Shown in pieces: positions 17,487 to 26,419 of a stretch of 48,602 nt of DNA; position 1 is the first letter of the stretch; each line of letters starts with the position of its first letter. Where the stretch lies: assembly GCA_964643155.1 (NCBI GenBank), contig CAZXPM010000001.1:1-48602 (forward strand), read 5' to 3'. Made by a program: the position numbers and the translations under genes. The notes under the pieces are model-generated. The model did not search any database. It was not told the DNA's origin and worked only from the letters and a program-made list of their open reading frames with translations. This stretch comes from an uncultured Planctomycetales bacterium. Its GTDB lineage: Bacteria > 4484-113.

Positions 17487-19409
17487 TCATCCGGGGCATG
17501 CGCCGGGGCCACCAGGGTTGATGTCCCAGCGCTCGTGAATCATCGTGGCAGCGGCCGAGCCTCGCGGCACAAACGGGTCGCTGCGCTGGATGTTCCGTGA
17601 AGGGTGCATGAACGCCGGGAACGCCGTACCTTGGGGCGGCGGGTTCTTGACGGTCGGCGTCTGGCCGACATAAGCGTATGGGAGCCCCTGCAGCGAGTTC
17701 AGCAGCGTAAAGCTCCCGTCAGCGTAGGCAGTGCCGGTCTCTGAACCGAACATCTCCGATGCCGGCCGGTCGTCACCGGAGAGGTTCAGAGCATAGCTGG
17801 ACTGAGTAATGTCCACAATGCCCTGGAACTCGCCGGAGTCACTCAGGATATCGCCGCCAAAGAAGTACACCATGCCCGATGGGTGAGAAGCCGTTGCCGG
17901 GTTCGCCCGGGGGCTGATCGGCGTAGCGGTACTTCCGCTCATCAGGCCGCCGTAAATGGACCATCCGAGGGTCGGCGTACGCTCGGCGCGATACAGCGTC
18001 TCCGGTTCGCTCTGGGTCGGAGTGATTCGGATCAGATTGCTCACAGCCACCACGCCGTTAGCATCGGTAGCCACGCAGCGCACCACATAAGGCGCACCCA
18101 CGCCTTCGCCAGCGTCAGGTGAGCCGTTGCCGTTCTCGTCAACATACTGGCCGGTGAAGGTGGCAAAGGTGATGGTCGGATTCGCCTTCTTCGTCCGGTC
18201 GGGCACTACGACCGCCTGGGCGTCCTTAATCGGTGTTGGGTACATCGGCGGCAGCACAATGACCGGCTCGTCCGCCGTTGGAACCAGATCGCTGAATACT
18301 TCCCATTCATAAGAGATGGGCTCCCTACCTCCATCAACGATGCTGGTGAACTGGACGTTGAACGGCACCGGGCCCTCGGTCACGTCGGCGCCGATGGTGA
18401 TGCTAAAGCTCACCTCTTCGCCGACGAACACCGGGACAATGCCGCTGGTGGTCTCAACACCCTGAGCGTCGCGCACGGTCATCCTAGCGTTGTAGGTACC
18501 GGGCGCAACGTAAGTGTGCTGGGCAACAGCCGAGCTGTCAAAGGCCCGAGAGGTTCCATCGCCGAAATCCCACTGGAACAGGTAGGGAGGCTCGCCACCA
18601 GAGGCACCGCCATTGAAGACAACCGGAAGCGGAGCCTGCCCAGAGCCGGGGTTCACCGTTGCGTAGGGAGACAACGATGAAGGCGGCATCACGCTGATGG
18701 CGATACGCCAGTCGGGCTGGCCGTCGCCATCCGCATCATCGGCAGTGGAAACCTCAACTCCACGGTTATCGGCAACTGTCAGCACGGGATAGAAGAGAAA
18801 CTCTCCATCGCCGCCACTCCCCGGTGACTCGAAAGTGTACACCGGGTTCTCACTGAAGCTGTCGATAATACCGTCCCCGTCAAAGTCCCACTTGAAACCA
18901 TATGGAGGACTTCCGCCGGAAACAAGCGCGGTGAACTGCACACGCAGCGGTGCCGCACCTGAGTTGACGGAAGGCTGGAATCGCACCACCAGCGGTTGGG
19001 TTCCACCCCCACCCGTGTCCGCAGTCACTGTAATTGACTTGTTCACGGTAACCGTCTGCTGGCGCGAGTCGGTCACTTTCAGCGATACCACCCCGCTATT
19101 GTTGAAGGTCCAATAGGGGTCTACCGCGTTGGAGTCGTACACTCCGTCCCCATCGAAATCCCATTCGTAGGAGTACGAAGGATACCCACCGAACGCGTAT
19201 GCGGTGAAACTGACAGTTAGAGGTGACGGCCCCTGGTCAGGCGTGGCCGTCAACACCACGGAAAACGGCTGCTGATTGTCGTCCGGCGGCGGACTGCTGC
19301 CGCCCTGCGATGGCGTGACCGGAGTTGTGCCTCCTCCGCCACCACCGCAGGCGACCAAAAACGCCGCCATTACGACTAGCAGCACCAACATAAATCTACT
19401 GACTGACAT
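17487..19409 (-). CDS. Lipoprotein with multiple PKD-like domains; N-terminal half of a PKD/Kelch paralog, ending at an in-frame TGA
   Basis: Lipobox FLVA-C followed by GGGGGG. PKD signatures include SPLTVSFTAYAFGGYPSYSYEWDFDGDGVYD, APLRVQFTALVSGGSPPYGFKWDFDGDGIID and PLPVVFNGGASGGEPPYLFQWDFGDG. It ends ...PGGPGACPG-TGA. Confidence 0.8.
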   Translation of the reverse strand: MSVSRFMLVLLVVMAAFLVACGGGGGGTTPVTPSQGGSSPPPDDNQQPFSVVLTATPDQGPSPLTVSFTAYAFGGYPSYSYEWDFDGDGVYDSNAVDPYWTFNNSGVVSLKVTDSRQQTVTVNKSITVTADTGGGGTQPLVVRFQPSVNSGAAPLRVQFTALVSGGSPPYGFKWDFDGDGIIDSFSENPVYTFESPGSGGDGEFLFYPVLTVADNRGVEVSTADDADGDGQPDWRIAISVMPPSSLSPYATVNPGSGQAPLPVVFNGGASGGEPPYLFQWDFGDGTSRAFDSSAVAQHTYVAPGTYNARMTVRDAQGVETTSGIVPVFVGEEVSFSITIGADVTEGPVPFNVQFTSIVDGGREPISYEWEVFSDLVPTADEPVIVLPPMYPTPIKDAQAVVVPDRTKKANPTITFATFTGQYVDENGNGSPDAGEGVGAPYVVRCVATDANGVVAVSNLIRITPTQSEPETLYRAERTPTLGWSIYGGLMSGSTATPISPRANPATASHPSGMVYFFGGDILSDSGEFQGIVDITQSSYALNLSGDDRPASEMFGSETGTAYADGSFTLLNSLQGLPYAYVGQTPTVKNPPPQGTAFPAFMHPSRNIQRSDPFVPRGSAAATMIHERWDINPGGPGACPG

Positions 19410-19478
19410 CGCAACACCCCTGTTATCGGGTTTTTACCACCCTATTATACCCAAGAACGCGCTTTTCACACCAGTGGG

Positions 19479-20039
19479 TCACTTCGCGCGCTCAATGTAC
19501 TGGCAAGTACGGGTATCCACTTTTATCAGATCGCCCTCGTTCACGAACAAGGGAACCTGGACTACCAGCCCGGTTTCCAGCTCCGCGGGCTTCGTCGCGC
19601 TGGTGGCGGTGTCGCCGCGCACACCGGGCTCCGCGTGCGTAACACGTAGTACAACGGCCGCCGGCAGGTCCACACCGAGGATTTCGCTCTCATACATCTC
19701 CAAGAAGACCGGATCGTTCTCCTTGATCAGCTTGACTTTCTCGCCTATCACTTCCTCGGGGACGCTCATCTGGTCGTAGGTCTCGTTGTCCATGAACACG
19801 AGCATATCGCCTTCGCGATACAAGTACACCATCTCACGGCGTTCAACGCGAATGTCCTCGAGCTTCTCTTCCGTGCGGAAAGTGACTTCGTTGATGGATC
19901 CGGAGCGAAGGTTCTGGATCTTGGCGCGCACGAATGCCGGGCCCTTTCCAGGCTTTACGTGGAGGAACTCCAGCACCCGGAACAGGTCGCCATTGCGCCT
20001 AAAGGTCAAGCCTCTGCGAAAGTCATTCGGGGTTATCAT
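19479..20039 (-). CDS. efp: Elongation factor P
   Basis: 186 aa. Contains FRRGLTFRRNGDLFRVLEFLHVKPGKGPAFVRAKIQNL with the conserved KPGKG loop. Confidence 0.95.
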   Translation of the reverse strand: MITPNDFRRGLTFRRNGDLFRVLEFLHVKPGKGPAFVRAKIQNLRSGSINEVTFRTEEKLEDIRVERREMVYLYREGDMLVFMDNETYDQMSVPEEVIGEKVKLIKENDPVFLEMYESEILGVDLPAAVVLRVTHAEPGVRGDTATSATKPAELETGLVVQVPLFVNEGDLIKVDTRTCQYIERAK

Positions 20040-20046
20040 ATTTGCT

Positions 20047-21156
20047 TCAGGGTATAACCTGCAGGCTGGATGTCACAGAGTTGAGGTTATTCAGGCGCTC
20101 CTTACCTACCAGATACAGGTCCTCAATACGGATTCCACCCTGCCCGGGAAGGTAAATGCCGGGTTCTATGGTTACTACCATCCCTGGCTTGAGGACATCC
20201 TTGCTCACGGCATTCAGCCGTGGAGCCTCGTGCACCTCCAGACCGACCCCATGCCCTAAACCGTGTCCAAAGTAATCGCGCTCTGTTCCATCTTCCGCTT
20301 TGTACTTACCGTATCCCTCCCCTTCAACAATGCTGCGTGCGATCTTATCCACTTCCGCACATTTCATCCCGGGGCGCGCGCTTTCGGCGGCAGCGGCCTT
20401 GGCCTCGCGCACTATGTTGTAGATACGTTCCCAACCTGGCGACACCCCGCCGAAGAATATGGTCCTTGTCATATCGCTGCAGTAGCCATCCAGCTCAACG
20501 CCCAAGTCGAAAGTGAGGGGCATACCGGGAATCAGCTGCTGGTTGGTGAATCCGGCGTGGGGCATGGCGGAATTGGGGCCGAACGCCACAATGGGGGAGA
20601 AGCTCGCGCGCTGAGCCCCCTTCTTCCGAATGCGGTATTCAAACTCCGCAGCCAGCTCGGCCTCCGTGACCCCTTCCTTGATTTGCTTGCAGACCTCACT
20701 GAAGGCGCTTTCCTTCAACGCTACAGCCCGCTTAATCGCTTCGACTTCCTCGGCGCTCTTGATGAGCCGTTGCTTCTCAACCAAACCGGTCGTCGGCACC
20801 AGCTCCACGCCGGCCTTATCCTCCAGCTCGGTTGCCTGAGCGTGAGTCAGGTTCTCCGATTCAAAACCGAGCCGCTTGATCCCATTGGCGCGGGCTAGGT
20901 CGCCAATCTTCTTGCCAAGGCTCTCGTTGTAGAATGGTACCAGCTCGTAGCCGTCAGAAACCTGGGTTTCGAACTTCCCATAGTACCTGAAGTCGGTTAA
21001 GAACAGATTGCGGTCTTCCGTCAATAGAATAGCCGCGGTGGAACCGTCGAAGTTCGACAGGTAGAAGATGTTCTTCAAGTTAGTGATGAGGACTGCGTCA
21101 ACCCGCTGGGCGGCAAACGATTCACGCAACACCTTGATACGCTTATGGAAATCCAT
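20047..21156 (-). CDS. Xaa-Pro aminopeptidase / M24B family metallopeptidase
   Basis: HGLGHGVGLEVHE and GMVVTIEPGIY motifs, plus a creatinase-like N-terminal domain. I chose ATG 21156 (MDFHKRIK), preceded by GGAG, over the track start 21180. Confidence 0.85.
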   Translation of the reverse strand: MDFHKRIKVLRESFAAQRVDAVLITNLKNIFYLSNFDGSTAAILLTEDRNLFLTDFRYYGKFETQVSDGYELVPFYNESLGKKIGDLARANGIKRLGFESENLTHAQATELEDKAGVELVPTTGLVEKQRLIKSAEEVEAIKRAVALKESAFSEVCKQIKEGVTEAELAAEFEYRIRKKGAQRASFSPIVAFGPNSAMPHAGFTNQQLIPGMPLTFDLGVELDGYCSDMTRTIFFGGVSPGWERIYNIVREAKAAAAESARPGMKCAEVDKIARSIVEGEGYGKYKAEDGTERDYFGHGLGHGVGLEVHEAPRLNAVSKDVLKPGMVVTIEPGIYLPGQGGIRIEDLYLVGKERLNNLNSVTSSLQVIP

Positions 21157-21350
21157 TGCAGCTCCAGAATAAGCCCACATATTCTAGGGAAAAGCCACCA
21201 ACTGTGCAACTGTAACCTTGCTGGCCCGCAATAACCGCCAACCTCACTCGCAAAGGGACGGCGGCAACCAGCTAACTGTCGGGTTGAGGGAGCGCGTGTT
21301 GAAGGGCGCTTGGGCTTGAGTTATACTTATTCTCTTTGGGGTCAAACGCT

Positions 21351-21740
21351 ATGCTCCCGGACGAGCGCAAGAACCGGCGGATGAGAATGGTGGCGGCAAC
21401 GCTACAGCGCGAGGTCAGCACCATAATACTGGAGGAGGTCAAAGACCCCGACTGCGCCGGCGTCACCATCACAGCTGTGCACGTCAGCAGGGATTTCTCG
21501 CACGCGATTCTCAGCGTGCGTGCCCGGGCGGACAAGCTTGACGTAACCAAGCAGGCGCTAGCGGGGCTAAACCGCGCCTCTCCCTTCATTCGCCGGGAGC
21601 TGAGTTCTCGCATCGCACTGCGCAAGGTTCCTGCGCTGAGATTCATTGAAGACCGGGGGTTGGTGGAAAGCGTTCGCGTGTCAGAGCTGTTACGCAGCCT
21701 GGGATTTGAAGGAGACGGCAACGGTTCAACTGAACTGTGA
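21351..21740 (+). CDS. rbfA: Ribosome-binding factor A
   Basis: RMVAATLQREVSTIILEEVKDPDCAGVTITAVHVSRDFSHAILSV ... LRKVPALRFIEDRG. I prefer ATG 21351 to the track's TTG 21336. Confidence 0.85.
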   Translation: MLPDERKNRRMRMVAATLQREVSTIILEEVKDPDCAGVTITAVHVSRDFSHAILSVRARADKLDVTKQALAGLNRASPFIRRELSSRIALRKVPALRFIEDRGLVESVRVSELLRSLGFEGDGNGSTEL

Positions 21741-21749
21741 TTATCACTA

Positions 21750-22799
21750 ATGTTCGAAGAATACAGACCTACAATACGCACTATCGCGCGGCTGACATTG
21801 AATGCGCGCACCATCTGGAACTTGCCGCATGAGAACCCTGATGGCGACAGTATTGGCTGCGCCCTCGCCATCCATTTCGCGCTGAAGTCCATTAACCGCA
21901 AAGTACGCACCTTCTTCAGTGAAGAGCTGCCGCGCATGTACTCATTCCTGCCCGGCGCGGGGGAGATTGAGCACACGCAACGGCTGCCGGACAAGCTGCC
22001 GGACATAGTCTTCGTGAGCGACAATGCCACTTTTGAGCGACTGGGCAAGCCCTATGTAGCCGAACTGAACCGGCTCGGGGTCTTCCCCGCCGGCCACCCT
22101 CAACACAAACCAGGGCGTACCCTGGTCATCAATATTGACCACCACCCGGGAAACGAGCTTTACGGCGACGTGAACCTAGTCATCCCGCATGCTGCTGCCA
22201 CCGGCGAAATCGTGTTCGCTATCTTCAAGCAGCTGCGATTACCCTTGCCGCTGGAGGCGGCAGTCAACCTCTATGCTGCCATCATTACCGACACCGGCCG
22301 CTTCTCATACAGTAACACCACTCAGCTGACTTTTGAAATCGCCACCGAGCTGGTGCGCGCTGGCGTGGTCCCTCAGCAGGTAGTGGATTTCGTCTACAAC
22401 ACGCAGACCGAAGGGCAGCTTAGGCTGCTCGGGCGCGCCCTGCGAAACCTCACTATCAATGAGGAGCTGGGCTACTTTTACTCCTATGTGACGCCGGAGA
22501 TGCTGGCGGAGTTTAACTGCAGTCTGGCCGATACCGAGCACATAATTGAGACACTAAAGGCGCTCGGGGACCCAAAAGTGTGCTTCTTCTTCAAGGTGGT
22601 CAACGACAACCTGGTCAAGGTCAGTGTACGGTCGCGCGAGGGGTTTGACAGCACCCGGATCGCGGAGATGTTCAACGGTGGCGGCCACTACGCCGCTTCG
22701 GGCTTCCGCATTGAGGGCAGCCTGCAAGAAGCCGTTGACGCCGTGGAGGCGGCGATGAGAGACCTCAGGCTGGGCGAAACTAAGCTACAGGCCGGCTGA
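21750..22799 (+). CDS. DHH/DHHA1 family phosphoesterase (NrnA-like oligoribonuclease/pAp phosphatase)
   Basis: HENPDGDSIGCALA, INIDHHPGN, TDTGRFSY and the DHHA1 motif GGGHYAASGF. Position after rbfA is typical. Confidence 0.8.
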   Translation: MFEEYRPTIRTIARLTLNARTIWNLPHENPDGDSIGCALAIHFALKSINRKVRTFFSEELPRMYSFLPGAGEIEHTQRLPDKLPDIVFVSDNATFERLGKPYVAELNRLGVFPAGHPQHKPGRTLVINIDHHPGNELYGDVNLVIPHAAATGEIVFAIFKQLRLPLPLEAAVNLYAAIITDTGRFSYSNTTQLTFEIATELVRAGVVPQQVVDFVYNTQTEGQLRLLGRALRNLTINEELGYFYSYVTPEMLAEFNCSLADTEHIIETLKALGDPKVCFFFKVVNDNLVKVSVRSREGFDSTRIAEMFNGGGHYAASGFRIEGSLQEAVDAVEAAMRDLRLGETKLQAG

Positions 22800-22800
22800 T

Positions 22801-23790
22801 ATGGGCATCAGAACCGCTGTAATTGGCGTTGGTTCCATGGGGCAGCACCACGCCCGGCTCTATAGCGCGCTAGAAGCGTCGGAGCTGGTCGGGGTGGCTG
22901 ACATAAGCGAGGCGGTCGCCGCAACGGCCGAGAAGTACGGCACTCGCTTCTTCAGGGACTACACAAAGCTGCTGGACGAGAGACCGCAGCTCGTGAGCAT
23001 CGCCGTGCCGACCTCACTGCACCGGGAAGTGGCACTGGCCGCCCTAGAGGCTGGCTGCAACCTCTTAATCGAAAAACCCATCAGCGACACGGTTGAGGGC
23101 GCTGAGACCATTATTGAGCAGGCGCGCAAACGCTCGCTCAAGGTGTTCGTGGGGCACGTGGAACGGTTTAACCCGGCTGTCATTGCGCTGAAACAGCAAA
23201 TCGACCGCGGGATGCTGGGCGAAGTGCATTCCATCAGCAGCCTGCGGGTCGGAGCACGTAACGTGCGGATTTTTGATACTGGCATCATCCTGGATCTGGG
23301 AAGCCACGATATTGACCTCATCAGCTACTTGTACGGGCGCAAGGCCCATTCAGTATTCTCCATCGGCGCGGCCAAGGCTCACAGATTTGAGGACCACGCG
23401 GCCATATCGCTCAAGTACTCCGAAAGCGCCGCGGGCTACATTGAGCTGAGCTGGCTCTCCCCGTACAAGGTGCGCAAGATGTTCATAGTCGGCACCGACC
23501 ACTTCGGGCTGGTGGACCTCATTGAGCAGTCGCTCATCATCTTTGACGGTGAGAACTGGGCCAACACCGGGCTGGTTGAGCGGGACGAGCCGCTGCGGTT
23601 GGAGCTGGAGCGGGCGTTGCAGGCAGTGGAGGACGACCTTCCGCCAGATGTCTCCGGTGAGGACTCGCTCTACACAATCAGGGTGGCGCTTGGGGCGATT
23701 TCGTCCTATTCCAGCGGCGAAGCAGTGCACTTTGACGAGCACCGGCAGAACTCGGCGTATCCCACAATGGCCAACTCCAATGCCAACTGA
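22801..23790 (+). CDS. Gfo/Idh/MocA family NAD(P)-dependent oxidoreductase
   Basis: N-terminal Rossmann IRTAVIGVGSMGQHHARLY and the EKP motif (LLIEKPIS). Its 3' end overlaps the lpxB start by 11 nt. Confidence 0.8.
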   Translation: MGIRTAVIGVGSMGQHHARLYSALEASELVGVADISEAVAATAEKYGTRFFRDYTKLLDERPQLVSIAVPTSLHREVALAALEAGCNLLIEKPISDTVEGAETIIEQARKRSLKVFVGHVERFNPAVIALKQQIDRGMLGEVHSISSLRVGARNVRIFDTGIILDLGSHDIDLISYLYGRKAHSVFSIGAAKAHRFEDHAAISLKYSESAAGYIELSWLSPYKVRKMFIVGTDHFGLVDLIEQSLIIFDGENWANTGLVERDEPLRLELERALQAVEDDLPPDVSGEDSLYTIRVALGAISSYSSGEAVHFDEHRQNSAYPTMANSNAN

Positions 23791-25021
23791 ATCGAGCGCA
23801 TTAAAGCTGTTCGTCTCAGCCGGCGAGCTCTCCGGTGATATGCACGCGGCCAACCTGCTACGGGCGATTGCTGGCCACCGGGACGTGAGCGAGTTGAGGG
23901 CGACGGCGCTGGGGTCGTTCCACCTCGCCGACGCAGGAGCGGAGGTGCTGTTTGACACCGGCAGCAACGCGAGCATCGGCTTCATCGGCAACTTCCTCCA
24001 GGCCCCACAGCGGTTGCGGCTGTTCCAGGAAACGCTGCGGCATTTGCAGCGGTTTCCGCCTGAGGCTGTGATACTGGTAGACAGCCGCTTCTTCAACCTT
24101 AACCTGGCCCGGGCGCTGCGGCGCAGTGGCTTCGAAGGACCAATTGTCTACTTCATTGCACCAGTCCTCTGGCAGGCGGCGTCCGATCCGCGGTTTGACC
24201 GGTTTGAGGAGCAGGGGGCTGGATTCCGCCAGAAAGTGGGCAAGCGATTCCTGCTAATGAAGGAGCTGGTGGACCTGGCGCTGGTCATCTATCCGGTGGG
24301 CCTGCAGCTATACCAGCACTTCGGCGTCCCTTACGAGTTCATCGGCCACCCGCTGTGCGAGATACTGCAGCCGTCCAGGCCGCGCAGCGAGTTCCTGGAG
24401 GAACTGGGGGCGGTGCCGGGGCACCCGGTCATAGGTTTGATGCCGGGCTCGCGGCGTGAGGAGGTTGCAGTAATCGGCCGCGAGATGATCCGGGCCGCCC
24501 GAGCCATCGCGGAGAGCTTCCCCCAAGCCACCTTCGCCCTGCCCGTGGCCCATCCAGCACTGAAGGACAGCATCATTAGACTGCTAAAACGGTATCCGGT
24601 TGACCTGACACTGCTGGAGCCGGAGCAACGCTACGACCTTGTTTGCCACGCAGACTTGATGATAGTTGCTTCGGGTACGGCCACCCACGAGTGCGCGGTC
24701 GCGGGAACACCGCACATCATGGCCTACCGGCTGCCGTGGCTTTACGACCTCATGTATTCCACCTTTACGCGGTTCCGGCTGCCGGCCTACGCCTTCCCCA
24801 ATATCATCGCAGGCGAGAATGTAATACCGGAGCTGGTTCGCAGCGAATGCAACGCCGACTACATCGCGGGCGTGGCGATGTCGTTGCTGGACGACGTAGC
24901 GGAATTGGCGCGGATGCGCCAGCGGCTGGAAAGCGTCCGCGGAATGATACATCGGCCGCAGCCGCTGGAGCGCGCGGCAGACTTGATTGTGCAGCTAGCC
25001 AACTCCGCAAGAAGAGTCTAA
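23780..25021 (+). CDS. lpxB: Lipid-A-disaccharide synthase
   Basis: MPTESSALKLFVSAGELSGDMHAANLLRAI is the typical LpxB N-terminus. The C-terminal ASGTATHECAVAGTPHIMAYR also fits. The track ORF start 23522 is an out-of-context extension that overlaps the previous gene. Confidence 0.85.
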   Translation: MPTESSALKLFVSAGELSGDMHAANLLRAIAGHRDVSELRATALGSFHLADAGAEVLFDTGSNASIGFIGNFLQAPQRLRLFQETLRHLQRFPPEAVILVDSRFFNLNLARALRRSGFEGPIVYFIAPVLWQAASDPRFDRFEEQGAGFRQKVGKRFLLMKELVDLALVIYPVGLQLYQHFGVPYEFIGHPLCEILQPSRPRSEFLEELGAVPGHPVIGLMPGSRREEVAVIGREMIRAARAIAESFPQATFALPVAHPALKDSIIRLLKRYPVDLTLLEPEQRYDLVCHADLMIVASGTATHECAVAGTPHIMAYRLPWLYDLMYSTFTRFRLPAYAFPNIIAGENVIPELVRSECNADYIAGVAMSLLDDVAELARMRQRLESVRGMIHRPQPLERAADLIVQLANSARRV

Positions 25022-25030
25022 TCGTATAGA

Positions 25031-26419
25031 ATGGGCGCGATGGACTTCATTTTGCCGCAGGCCGCCAGGACACAGGAGCGAGCGCTCACAGTCAGCGAGG
25101 TGACGGAGTTCGTGCGAGGAGCAGTTGAGGGCGAGCCACGGCTGCAGGGCGTGTGGGTGCGCGGCGAAACCAGCAATGTGCGCCCTGCCTCCACCGGCCA
25201 CCTGTATTTCACGCTTAAGGACGAGGACAGCGAGCTCGCATGCGTGTTCTTCGGTTACACGCGGCACCGCAAAGTGCCGCTGGCCGACGGTACCGCAGTG
25301 CTCGCCTTCGGCAATGTCTCGGTGTACGCGCGCAGAGGCAGCTACCAGCTCGTGGTCTCGGACATCATCCATCAGGGCGAAGGGGAACTGGCGGCGCGGT
25401 TTGAGCAGCTTAAGCGAAAGCTGGCGGTGGAGGGGCTCTTTGACCCCGCGCACAAGGCGTTGCCGCCAGAGATGCCACGCGTCGTAGGTGTAGTGACCAG
25501 CCCGCAGGCCGCAGCGTTCACCGACGTCGTAAACGTGCTAACCCGGCGCGCGCCGTACTTGCACGTCGTGTTGTTCCCCACAGCTGTACAGGGCGACGCG
25601 GCGGCGGAGCAGGTTGTGCATGCGCTTGAGCTGGCCGACCAGAGCCGTCTGTGCGAAGTGATACTCCTGGTGCGCGGCGGGGGGTCGCTGGAAGACCTGT
25701 GGTGCTTCAACGATGAAGCGCTGGCCCGCCAGCTATACGAGATGAAGACGCCGGTCATTACCGGTATCGGGCACGAGGTGGATTTCACCATCGCGGACTT
25801 CGTGGCGGATGTGCGGGCGCCCACGCCGTCGGTGGCGGCGGAAATGGTGGCGCCGGATGTGCGCGATCTGCGAGCTGGCTTGGGGGCCATTGGTGCTGCT
25901 CTTGCGCGGTCGGCACTGGGGCGCATCCGTAGAGTGGAAACGTCGTTCGGCGCGCTGCAGGCTGAGCGCCTGGTGCTGCGTGCACGCGGCGAACTGGCGG
26001 ACGCCAGGGCCGGGCTGAACACTGCCGCAAGGGCGATCCTGCGCAACTTGCAGGGATGGACTGGCCGGCAGAAGGAACGGATGGCACTCCTGGCCCAGCG
26101 GCTGGCCCCGCGCAAGGCGCAGCGGCGAGTGGAGGACCGGATGAGCGACCTGGACCGCGCGGCGGCCAGCCTTATCGCGGCAACCATGCGGAGATTGGAA
26201 GAACGTGCACGCCGCCTGACTCTGGCGGAAGCCAAGCTCGGCGCAGTGGACCCACGGGAAGCGTTGCGGCGGGGCTATGCACTGCTGTGGGATGAGGAAA
26301 TGGAGCATCTGATCACGCGCGCGGCGGTGCTCGCGCCGGGACAGGCGTTCACTGCCGAGCTGCGCGACGGGCTGGTTCGCGGCGAGGTTAAGGAAACCGC
26401 GCCGAAGGAGGAGCAGTAA
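25031..26419 (+). CDS. xseA: Exodeoxyribonuclease VII large subunit
   Basis: OB-fold N-terminus LTVSEVTEFVRGAVEGEPRLQGVWVRGETSNVRPASTGHLYFTLKDEDSELACVFF. Also GVVTSPQAAAFTDV, RGGGSLEDLWCFNDE and TGIGHEVDFTIADFVAD. Confidence 0.9.
   Translation: MGAMDFILPQAARTQERALTVSEVTEFVRGAVEGEPRLQGVWVRGETSNVRPASTGHLYFTLKDEDSELACVFFGYTRHRKVPLADGTAVLAFGNVSVYARRGSYQLVVSDIIHQGEGELAARFEQLKRKLAVEGLFDPAHKALPPEMPRVVGVVTSPQAAAFTDVVNVLTRRAPYLHVVLFPTAVQGDAAAEQVVHALELADQSRLCEVILLVRGGGSLEDLWCFNDEALARQLYEMKTPVITGIGHEVDFTIADFVADVRAPTPSVAAEMVAPDVRDLRAGLGAIGAALARSALGRIRRVETSFGALQAERLVLRARGELADARAGLNTAARAILRNLQGWTGRQKERMALLAQRLAPRKAQRRVEDRMSDLDRAAASLIAATMRRLEERARRLTLAEAKLGAVDPREALRRGYALLWDEEMEHLITRAAVLAPGQAFTAELRDGLVRGEVKETAPKEEQ

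Noticed and set aside
17487-17489. Global UGA reassignment (genetic code 4 or 25) as the explanation for the in-frame TGA.
   Set aside because: Many conserved genes in the window terminate at TGA at their expected C-termini (e.g. the ECF sigma gene, the Gfo/Idh/MocA gene and the TPR/J-like gene). Standard code 11 therefore applies, and the TGA is a local event.
23522-23779. N-terminal 86-aa extension of lpxB in the track ORF (start 23522).
   Set aside because: The extension lies in an alternative frame over the 3' part of the Gfo/Idh/MocA gene and is Arg/Ser/Trp-rich. The canonical LpxB N-terminus (KLFVSAGELSGD) follows ATG 23780.
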